Positions 15,922 to 24,800 of a DNA stretch of 25,887 nt are shown here, in pieces. A program made the translations under genes and the position numbers. The stretch comes from a virus (lineage: Duplodnaviria > Caudoviricetes). Position 1 is the stretch's first letter, and each line of letters opens with the position of its first letter. The stretch lies in the IMG/VR virus record IMGVR_UViG_3300020282_000017, positions 1 through 25,887 of that record; one strand, given 5' to 3'. Below the pieces are notes generated by a model. It had not been told where the DNA came from. It saw only the letters and a program-made list of their open reading frames with translations, and did no database searches.

Positions 15922-17616
15922 ATGGCGATAGCACCAGTCAATAAATTTATCAATATAGCAGTTCCTGTTGCACCTGGAAAACAGAAACTTTATGAGGTTC
16001 CTACTGGTACGTCTGCACTTTTGTTATATCTCCAAGTTGCAAATGTTGGTATTGGAACTACATTCCCGAAAGTAACATTTACACAACAAAGAACTCAAAG
16101 AAGCACAAATAATAAAAGAGAGGTTAGAGTAATAAAAGATGTCGAGATTCCACCAAATGATGCAGCAATTATTGTTGATGGTAGGTTAGTTCTTGAAAAA
16201 ACACCATTAGTTCTCGATAAAATTTTTATAGAGGGAAAACAACAGCAGGTAGGCATCATCACATTTGTGGATTATCATGAACCTTCTGGTATAGTGTCTA
16301 TCACTACAAAAGATAATCATCCATTTAAAGCAGGAGATCCTGTTACTCTTGCTGGTATTGCTTTTTCATGTATTCCTACACAAACAGGTATCACAACAGG
16401 TATATTTCCTGACCCGATGCAATCATATATTGTTGATGATGTTCAAGGTGTTGTTGGATCCTCGAAAACATTTTCAGCTTTCATTGGCGGGTCTACACCA
16501 ATCGGTATATCTGGCAAGGATTACTCACACTTTTACATGACTGCTATTCATTATTATGAAAGATCAAAACCTCTTGCGATTGAGGTTGTGACTGCTGCAA
16601 GTGGATCTGTGCAAAATCAAATTACCAGATCATCTAGTGGACCAGTTAGAGCAACTGCAAGCGTAGGCGACGGAAATCGTAATGGTGGTGCATTGCAGGG
16701 TACTTTGACTATTACAAATGGTGGAGCAGGTTACTTATCTGTGCCTACGGTCACTATTACTGGAGGTGGAGGAAGTGGGGGCACAGCGACTGCAACAGTC
16801 GTTAATGAGGTTGTAACTGAAATAAGTGTCACTGGAGGTAGTAATTATAGTTCAAATCCTACAGTAGAAGTTGCTTTACCAACAGGAACAACAACATATG
16901 AACCATCAACTGGAAAATTAAGTGTCCTATCTGTGAATCATGGATTCCAAACACAGGATATAGTAAGATTAAAACCAGAGAGTTTTGCATTTTTTTGTGC
17001 TACAGGTGGTTCAAGTGTTGTTAAAAAATATCCTCGTGCATCTGGAGAAAACGGAACTAGTAGTGGAGCTTCCAATAACACTGGAAAACCAGATTTTGCT
17101 TACAGTCGAACACTTCAGGTAATCAGAGTTCATCCAAATCGTTTTGAGTTGTTTATTGGTTCATCATCAGATACATCTGCCCATACTTATGTACCAGCAT
17201 CATCTTTAGCAAATAATGTTATCAAACTTGGAACAAGGTATAATGTTGAGCATGCAGTATATTATGGTGGTGGTGATAACACTCCAAATGGAGTATCCGA
17301 TACTAAGGTTGTTGAAGGTATCACTTTAGCAAGAGGACAAATCAATATTAAGACGGAGGGAAATCATAATCTTGATACTGGTGATAAGATTAGAATCGTT
17401 GATAATAGTATTTACTTCACCTGCACCATGGATAATCGTGAAACAGAACATTCTTATCCTCGTGTAACCGATCCTGCTTCTCACGCAGAACTACAATTAA
17501 CTAAAACTTCAAACACCTCTTTCAATGTGAATGTAGGTCCTAGTGTTTCTGGAGGATTTTTCGCACCACTGGAGATGGAATTAGTCGCAAGTATTCTAGA
17601 AAATAGCACTGCATAA
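15922..17616 (+). CDS. Virion structural protein (beta-rich, with internal repeated modules)
   Basis: 564-aa ORF starting right after the previous stop (TAA ATG); N-terminus LYEVPTGTSALLLYLQVANV...IPPNDA...GRLVLEK and C-terminus LVASILEN resemble small cyanophage structural proteins. Confidence 0.65.
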   Translation: MAIAPVNKFINIAVPVAPGKQKLYEVPTGTSALLLYLQVANVGIGTTFPKVTFTQQRTQRSTNNKREVRVIKDVEIPPNDAAIIVDGRLVLEKTPLVLDKIFIEGKQQQVGIITFVDYHEPSGIVSITTKDNHPFKAGDPVTLAGIAFSCIPTQTGITTGIFPDPMQSYIVDDVQGVVGSSKTFSAFIGGSTPIGISGKDYSHFYMTAIHYYERSKPLAIEVVTAASGSVQNQITRSSSGPVRATASVGDGNRNGGALQGTLTITNGGAGYLSVPTVTITGGGGSGGTATATVVNEVVTEISVTGGSNYSSNPTVEVALPTGTTTYEPSTGKLSVLSVNHGFQTQDIVRLKPESFAFFCATGGSSVVKKYPRASGENGTSSGASNNTGKPDFAYSRTLQVIRVHPNRFELFIGSSSDTSAHTYVPASSLANNVIKLGTRYNVEHAVYYGGGDNTPNGVSDTKVVEGITLARGQINIKTEGNHNLDTGDKIRIVDNSIYFTCTMDNRETEHSYPRVTDPASHAELQLTKTSNTSFNVNVGPSVSGGFFAPLEMELVASILENSTA

Positions 17617-17618
17617 TT

Positions 17619-20600
17619 ATGGTAAAATATTTAAGTGGCAGAGTAAAGAGAACCCCTCAAGATCAATTGAAGGAGGATCGTTTTAGATATCTCAATCTTG
17701 AACAGGCAGAACCAAATTTAGCAGATCCTCCCACCAGTAATGTTCCAACTGGTCAACAGTTTCAGTTAATTGCTATACCTGGTCAACCTGGTAAAAGATA
17801 TTGGGTGCCAACAGGTGGTGGACTAATACCTGGTGCTATCACTATATTTGATGAGAATGTTCAAGTTAGTGCTGCAGATAGTATTACACAAGTAAATTTT
17901 GAAGGTAAAGCAGTCACAGCAGATGTTTCTGTTCAAAGTCCCTCTGGTCATCCTGGTTTTGCTGCTACAGTAACAGTAATACCAGTGACCGTAGGTGATA
18001 ATCCTCCTAACACACCCACACCAAGAAATGGAGAACTCTGGTGGGAAAGTGATACTGGTGATCTATATGTTTACTATGAAGATGTAAATTCATCTCAGTG
18101 GGTGCAAGCAAATGCTGGTGGTCGAGGTGATGATGGAGATAAAGGTGATAAGGGAGAACCATCAACTGTTCAAGGTCCTCAGGGAATTCAGGGTGTCGAA
18201 GGTGAAAAAGGAGCACCTGGTAATGTATTAGCAAAAGGTGTTAAAGGTGAACCTGGTACTTCAATTAAAGGTGAACCAGGTGCCTCTATAAAAGGTGAAC
18301 CAGGTGCCTCTATAAAAGGTGAACCAGGTAATGATATAAAAGGAGACAAGGGTGATCAGGGTGATCAAGGAGATAAAGCAGGTATTCTGTTTAAATTTGC
18401 TAATGCCACTTCAATGGTGGATCCTAATCCTGGTAATTTTAGATTTAACAGTACAGCATTATCAAATGTATCTGCAATAGCGATTGATGCTCTTGATAAT
18501 AATAGTAACGATTTTTCAGATTTTCTCACTACATGGGATGATTCAACAAATACAGTAAAAGGAACTCTTGAAATTAAGTCGAATTTGAATACTGATACAA
18601 CACATGCAGTATTTCAAATTACATCGATTACAGATAATGTTGGTTGGTTACAAATAGGAGTACAGAATCCAGTTGGTAACATTCCATCAAATTTAGAGGT
18701 ATGTGTATTAAATTTTTCAAGAGCAGGAGATAAGGGTCAAAAGGGTGAAGTAAATGTAGCTGCTGCTGGAGCAAATACTCAAGTTCAATTCAATGACAAT
18801 GGAAGTTTTGCTGGAGCTAACAATCTTCAATTTATTAAGAGTAATACTACCCCAGAATTGATATTAAAACCAAGTGATACATCAACGAATACAAATGGTG
18901 GATCTCTTACTGTACAAAATGCTAATAACTCAAATCATTCTCAACTTACTAGTGATGGGGCGTTAGAATTAAAAAGAACAAATGAAACTGTGACCACTGG
19001 TGGTCCTTATATTGATTTTAAAAATGCAGGAACTGATAATGATGCTCGAATTGAAATGGATATTGCCTCTGGTCAACAGAATAACGCAAATTATTCATCC
19101 ATTGCATTTAAAACTGGAGGTAGTGGTTCTATATCTGAGAAATTTAGAATTGGAAAAGCAGGACAGATCGGTCTATCAGGTGCAAATTACGGTAATGCCA
19201 ATCAAGTATTAACAAGTAAGGGAGCTAATTCTCCAGTTGAATGGACAACTCAATTAAATGATGACACAACTTATGATTTGATAGTTGGATCAAGTGGAAA
19301 TGATGTCACTTTAACATTAGATGCATCAGTGGGTGATGATGATGCAATTCAAATAGGGGCAGGTACAAATGTATCTTTTGCAGGTGTAACAGCGACTGGA
19401 TTCACAATCAATACATTAAATACGCAACTATCAACAGAGGAAGTTGAAGATATTGTTGGTGCAATGTTCAGTAGTAACACAGAGACTAGAATTAGTGCTA
19501 CCTATGACGATAATGGTTCTGGAAATGGAAAAATAAATTTAGTTGTTGATGATATGACAGCTGATAATAACACAATATATGATTTAGGTACTGCAGATGG
19601 GGATAATACAAGTGAGGAAAAGATACAATTAACTGGAAATGATTCAACCACTGATACTGTGATTTTAGCTGTCGGTAGTGGTTTATCAATTCAACGTGAC
19701 AATGCCAGTAATAAAATTACATTTACAAATACTGACACAGGTTCTGGAAGTAATAATACCTTTATAGGATTAACGGATACGCCTAGCAGTTTTACTGCAA
19801 GCAAGTTTGTTGTAGTTAACGCTGCTGGAAATGCACTTGAATTTGTTGATAATCCTAATACTCAATTAACAACTGAACAAGTACAGGATATTGTTGGTGC
19901 AATGTTTAGTAATAATACAGAGACTAGAATTAGTGCGACTTATCAGGACTCCGATGGAACAATAGATTTAATTGTAGATGACCAATCAGCAAATGATAAT
20001 ACAACTTATGATTTATCAGTTCCAAATAGTACAACCAAAATTAGATTAGCAGGATCTGATTCTACTAATGATGATGTCGAAATTGCTGGTGGTACTGGTA
20101 TTTCTGTAACTAGAAATAATGGAAATAAATTGACAATTACAAACACTGATACAGGTTCGGGTGCTAATACAGATACAACTTATGACTTATCAGTACCAAA
20201 TTCAACAACAAAGATTAGATTAGCAGGATCTGATTCTACTAATGATGATGTTGAGATCGCTGGTGGCACGGGTATTTCTGTAACTAGAAATAATGGAAAT
20301 AAATTGACGATTGCAAATACAGACACAGGTTCAGGTGCTAATGAAAATTTTTATTTAACTGCATTGTCATTTAATACAAGCAATGGTGTATTAACAGCGA
20401 CTGTAAATGGAGCGACCAACCCAACAGTTGATTTAGATGGTAGATATGTTTCACAATCAACAGGTGGTAGTTCGGGAATACCATCTGGAGGCATCATTAT
20501 TTGGTCTGGTGCTGCAAATGCAATACCTTCAGGATGGTATCTATGTGATGGATCAAATAACACACCTGATTTAAGAGGGAGATTTGTTGTAGGTTATCAT

Positions 20601-20918
20601 AATGGTGATGGTGATTATGATGTTAATGATACTGGTGGTGCTAAAAACGTAACTCTCCAAAGCTCTGAGATGCCCTCACACTTCCACTATTCATTTAGAT
20701 CAGGAAATCATGGACAGTTGCAAAATGGTTCTAATTTAAGTGCTAATAATTATCCAGGTAGTGGTTCTGGTAGAGCAAATCTTTATGAAGGTTATAATAT
20801 AAATTCTTCAGGTTCTGTAGCAAATGTTGGTAAGACATCAAATACACCTAGTGGAAGCACTTCTGCTCATGAAAATAGACCACCATATTATGCACTTTGC
20901 TATATTATGAAATCATGA
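17619..20918 (+). CDS. Tail fibre with collagen-like segments and C-terminal tail-collar / receptor-binding tip
   Basis: Gly-X-Y runs, repeated TTYDL...DDV.I.GGT modules, collar motif PSGGIIIWSG...PSGWYLCDG.N.TPDLRGRFVVG, then MPSHFH and AHENRPPYYALCYIMK (T4 gp12/gp37-type tip). Confidence 0.88.
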   Translation: MVKYLSGRVKRTPQDQLKEDRFRYLNLEQAEPNLADPPTSNVPTGQQFQLIAIPGQPGKRYWVPTGGGLIPGAITIFDENVQVSAADSITQVNFEGKAVTADVSVQSPSGHPGFAATVTVIPVTVGDNPPNTPTPRNGELWWESDTGDLYVYYEDVNSSQWVQANAGGRGDDGDKGDKGEPSTVQGPQGIQGVEGEKGAPGNVLAKGVKGEPGTSIKGEPGASIKGEPGASIKGEPGNDIKGDKGDQGDQGDKAGILFKFANATSMVDPNPGNFRFNSTALSNVSAIAIDALDNNSNDFSDFLTTWDDSTNTVKGTLEIKSNLNTDTTHAVFQITSITDNVGWLQIGVQNPVGNIPSNLEVCVLNFSRAGDKGQKGEVNVAAAGANTQVQFNDNGSFAGANNLQFIKSNTTPELILKPSDTSTNTNGGSLTVQNANNSNHSQLTSDGALELKRTNETVTTGGPYIDFKNAGTDNDARIEMDIASGQQNNANYSSIAFKTGGSGSISEKFRIGKAGQIGLSGANYGNANQVLTSKGANSPVEWTTQLNDDTTYDLIVGSSGNDVTLTLDASVGDDDAIQIGAGTNVSFAGVTATGFTINTLNTQLSTEEVEDIVGAMFSSNTETRISATYDDNGSGNGKINLVVDDMTADNNTIYDLGTADGDNTSEEKIQLTGNDSTTDTVILAVGSGLSIQRDNASNKITFTNTDTGSGSNNTFIGLTDTPSSFTASKFVVVNAAGNALEFVDNPNTQLTTEQVQDIVGAMFSNNTETRISATYQDSDGTIDLIVDDQSANDNTTYDLSVPNSTTKIRLAGSDSTNDDVEIAGGTGISVTRNNGNKLTITNTDTGSGANTDTTYDLSVPNSTTKIRLAGSDSTNDDVEIAGGTGISVTRNNGNKLTIANTDTGSGANENFYLTALSFNTSNGVLTATVNGATNPTVDLDGRYVSQSTGGSSGIPSGGIIIWSGAANAIPSGWYLCDGSNNTPDLRGRFVVGYHNGDGDYDVNDTGGAKNVTLQSSEMPSHFHYSFRSGNHGQLQNGSNLSANNYPGSGSGRANLYEGYNINSSGSVANVGKTSNTPSGSTSAHENRPPYYALCYIMKS
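18243..18338 (+). repeat. 24-bp tandem repeat x4 encoding KGEPGxxI
   Basis: Units at 18243, 18267, 18291 and 18315; units 2 and 3 are identical (AAAGGTGAACCAGGTGCCTCTATA). Confidence 0.95.
20001..20342 (+). repeat. Direct duplication of a 168-bp (56-codon) fibre module, period 174 bp
   Basis: 20001-20168 vs 20175-20342: TTYDLSVPNSTTKIRLAGSDSTNDDVEIAGGTGISVTRNNGNKLTI(T/A)NTDTGSGAN. Confidence 0.97.
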
Positions 20919-20924
20919 TATAAT
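20897..20924 (+). promoter_or_regulatory. Sigma70-type (early) promoter for the 2OG-Fe(II) oxygenase
   Basis: TTGCTA (20897-20902), 16-nt spacer, extended -10 TGA-TATAAT (TATAAT 20919-20924), overlapping the fibre stop codon; a second TATAAT at 20924-20929. Confidence 0.6.
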
Positions 20925-20947
20925 ATAATTGAATAAAAAAATTTATT

Positions 20948-21535
20948 ATGTATGATCAAACAATTAATAAACCTGAAGTCTTTTTAAATAGAGATTTTAT
21001 TGGAGTGTGGGATAATGTCATAAAAGATGATTTTTGCAATTTTATTAAAAAAACTCTTGATGAGTCAACACAGATTGTACTTAGAAGTAATACAAGTGTT
21101 AAAGATACGCAATTAGATATAGCAGCATTTAACCCATTGATATCTGCTCACATTATGTGTGCGGTCAGGTCTTGTTTAGTGGAGTATATTGAATGGTATC
21201 CATTTTTAAAAAATTTTAATTATCATAGCACCACTTGTTTACTGCAAAAAACAGAACCGACTGAGGGGTATCATGACTGGCACTCAGAGTCAAATAATAT
21301 CGCTTGTGCTAATAGAACTTTGGTTTGGTCAGTATATTTCAATAATATTGATGATAGTGGTGAGACAGAGTTTTTATATCAAAAACAAAAAATAAAACCC
21401 AAAGCAGGTAGAATAATAATTTTTCCAGGTTCTTTCACTCACTTACATAGAGGAAATCCACCATATCAATCAAAATATATCGCTACTGGTTGGCTAGCGA
21501 GTAATGATATGAATGTTCCAACCACCCTACTGTAG
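20948..21535 (+). CDS. 2-oxoglutarate/Fe(II)-dependent oxygenase (prolyl-hydroxylase-like family)
   Basis: GYHDWHSE (Hx[D/E]), RTLVWSVYFN, GETEF, PKAGRIIIFP, THLHRGNPP, KYIATGW double-stranded beta-helix motifs. Confidence 0.92.
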   Translation: MYDQTINKPEVFLNRDFIGVWDNVIKDDFCNFIKKTLDESTQIVLRSNTSVKDTQLDIAAFNPLISAHIMCAVRSCLVEYIEWYPFLKNFNYHSTTCLLQKTEPTEGYHDWHSESNNIACANRTLVWSVYFNNIDDSGETEFLYQKQKIKPKAGRIIIFPGSFTHLHRGNPPYQSKYIATGWLASNDMNVPTTLL

Positions 21536-21543
21536 TATAAATA
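21536..21543 (+). promoter_or_regulatory. T4 late promoter TATAAATA upstream of the fibre chaperone
   Basis: Exact consensus beginning on the base after the oxygenase stop, 16 nt before the ATG at 21560. Confidence 0.85.
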
Positions 21544-21559
21544 TCTGAAACAATATGTT

Positions 21560-21790
21560 ATGGAAACAGAATACTCATTAGTAAAAGAATATTTTGGAAC
21601 AGATTATATCGGTGCTCTTCGACATATGAGAGATACTTTATTAAGAGAGAGTGATTGGACACAATTTACAGACTCCCCACTATCTGTTACAAAAAAGGAT
21701 GAGTGGAAAACTTATCGTCAAGAATTAAGAGATTTGCCAGCGACTGAAGCAGATCCAGAAAACGCAACCTTTCCCACTAAACCATCATAA
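21560..21790 (+). CDS. Tail fibre assembly chaperone (phage tail assembly chaperone family)
   Basis: LRHMRDTLLRESDWTQ..DSPL.....EWKTYRQELRDLP....FPTKP signature. Confidence 0.88.
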   Translation: METEYSLVKEYFGTDYIGALRHMRDTLLRESDWTQFTDSPLSVTKKDEWKTYRQELRDLPATEADPENATFPTKPS

Positions 21791-21796
21791 TAAATA
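21790..21796 (+). promoter_or_regulatory. Late promoter (ATAAATA) upstream of the 1221-aa fibre
   Basis: TAATAAATA overlapping the chaperone stop, 17 nt before the ATG at 21814. Confidence 0.65.
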
Positions 21797-21813
21797 ATAA
21801 AAAATTATAATTT

Positions 21814-24800
21814 ATGGCAGTAGATTTTCCTAATTCACCAAACACTGGTCAAGTGTTCACAGAGGGAAATATCTCATGGAGATATAATGGATATGCTTGG
21901 CAAAGAATACCAGATCCAGGTGAGAAAGGACAACCAGGTATAAAAGGAACAAAAGGAGATATTGGACCACAAGGACCAATAGGTAATTTTGGTGGAGCGA
22001 CTTTTCAATACCAATTTAATAGTGCCACAGATGACTCAGATCCTGGTGATGGAAAATTAAAATTAAGTTCAGGTACAGTATCAAGTGCGACTAAGTTATT
22101 CATTGATGATAAAGATGGTGGAGATACAAATACAGATATTCAACCATTTCTAAGAACGATTGCGGACTCTACTTCAACAATCAAAGGACATTTTAGAATA
22201 TCAAATAAAAATATAGCAGATGATTTTGCACTCTTTACCATATCTGCGATTGAAGAAGCGACTGGTTATTTTAAAGTTACATGTGCACATGTTTCAGGTA
22301 GTGCGAGCTCATTTGATAACAATGAAGATATAATCATAACATTTGCTAGAACTGGAGATCAAGGTCAAAAAGGTGATCAAGGTATTCAAGGGATTCCAGG
22401 CACACCAATTAATTATGATTTAGAGGTCACGAATGGCACCACAACTATTAGTTTAAAAGGTTCAAATGGTACAACTGATAATGTTCAATTAGTTGGTTCG
22501 GGTGCTGTATCCATTACTAGGGATAGTGCAACTCAACTCACAATAACTGGCACCAATACTCAAAAGAGTGAAGAGGAAATAGAAGATATAGTGGGTGGGA
22601 TGATTAATACCACAACTGGTATTACTGTAACATATGATGACAATGCCACTGAAGGTGACGGTGCAGGTAAATTAAATTTTGTAAATACGATTGATCATTT
22701 TGTTGATCTAAATGATACACCCCCTAATTATACAGGTCAAGCACATAAATTTGTAAGAGTTAATAAACCTGATGCAACTAATAATGATGGTAATGGATTA
22801 GAATTTGCAACTCCTCTTAATACTACTTACGCACTTAGTGCAACGCAAAAAGATGATGGAACTAATCCTGGTAGTCCTTCAGCAAATGATAATGATCCAT
22901 TTCTTTTCTTGGATGGATCGTCAGGTTCAGATTCACATATTCAAATTAAAGGTACTGGAACCGTTTCTGTCGTAAGAAATTCTACGGGAGATGAAATAAC
23001 AATTAACGGTAATGATACGAATGTTAATACACAATATTCCATAAGTGTTGAGGCTGGTGATGATGCGTCTGCGGAGAAATTAAGATTATCTGGAACTAAC
23101 AGTGTTGATGATGATGTATCATTCAAGGCAGGAACAGGTTTAGCAATATCAAAACAGACAAGTGGTGCTGATTTTATTCAATATGATGGTACTTATGAAT
23201 TACATGCATTAGCAACTGGTAGTCCAGCAACTGCCACAAATCCTAATATAACCCTTATGAGTGATAGTACAAGTGCTGTTACGAGTGGTTCAATTCAATT
23301 GATTGGAGAGGGTGGTATAACAGTAACAAGAAATGGAACTACAGAGATAAAGATAAATGGATCTGGTGCTGGAAGTGACAGTTTTGTAAATAGTGTGACC
23401 ATGGGTTCATCTGGAACACTCACGATAGGAAGAAATAATTCTTTAGCAGATTTAACTACCGATATTTCATTTACTTCTTTAAAAGATACACCCGCTAACT
23501 ATACAAGTCAAGCACATAAGTTAGTAAGAGTTAATAAAAATGGATCAACAAATGATGGAACAGGATTAGAATTTATTGATCCATCAACAGTGGGAGAAAA
23601 TACAACTTATACATTACCTGCTGGTGGTTCAGACAGCACTGATTTTGGAAATGGAAACGCAACTATTACTTTAAGTGATTCAAATTCACCTCAAATTGAT
23701 GATACGATAACAATTTCCGCTGGAACAAACATACAAATTACAAGCACTACCGAATCAGGATTTACAATAAGTGCCAAAGATACTAATACGCAAATTCCAG
23801 ATACCACTTATGATTTACTTGTAGTGCAAACTGGTTCTCCTGCTAATAACAGTAATCCAGCAATTAAATTAGATGCCTCAAGTGGTGATGATGATCAAGT
23901 TCAATTAGCTGCTGTTGATTACTCAGGATTAACGATAACAAGGGATGGTGACTCTACAATAAATTTTAATACATCATTACTCTTAGAAGCAAGATCCTCA
24001 ACGAACACTGCTACTGACACCGCTAATCCCAATCTTACCTTGGCAACAAGCACATCATCCTTAGTTCCAGTCCTTGATACAGTTAAATTTATTGGAGGTG
24101 ATAATATTAGCGTTGCCAGAAATACAAGTAGTAATGAAATTACAATTTCATCTAGTGCAACTATTGATGTAACCCAATTGAATCTAAACCGTATTCGATT
24201 TGGTCCTGGCAGTGCTGCCAATGATGATGCAAATATTGAATGGTTGGGAAGTAGCAATGAGGGTTATCTACGCATTTCAATATCTGATGATAGCGATAAT
24301 TCAGGAAACTCAGATGAATATATCGAAATAGGCGATTATGCTAATACAAATATAGGTGGCACTTTTAGTCAGTGGATGAAGTTACAAAGAGATGAACTTA
24401 CAATGGAAAGTGTTGTTCGCACTAAAAATGATTTGTACATTGATGAGGCACTTAGAGATGGAGGTGGTGATATAGGATCAGCAGGACAAGTTCTTACTTC
24501 CACAGGTTCTAAGACAAATTGGGTTGACTCTTCAACTGTAGGTACAGATACAAATACAAAATATGATATAGTTACTTCGGCAAGTGGTGATAACATTAAA
24601 CTTAAATTAGATGCATCAACTGGTTCAGGTGATGATGATGATATTACTATAACTGCTGGAACGAATATTACTCTTACTGATGATAGTAATGGTGGATTTA
24701 CGATTGCATCATCTGCAACACTAACAGGAACTATTGATAAAGCAAATCAAATTAAAGTCGATGAGTCACCTGGAAATAGTGCTGTTGACTCTTATCATAA

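Noticed and set aside
18243-20342. Repeats as a CRISPR array or a diversity-generating retroelement TR/VR pair
   Set aside because: All repeats are in-frame coding units without unique spacers. Differences between the 168-bp copies are mostly synonymous third-position changes rather than adenine-specific, and no reverse transcriptase is present.
20670-20690. Multi-iron needle tip like T4 gp37
   Set aside because: Only one HxH (SHFH) is present, not a series; at most a single metal site.
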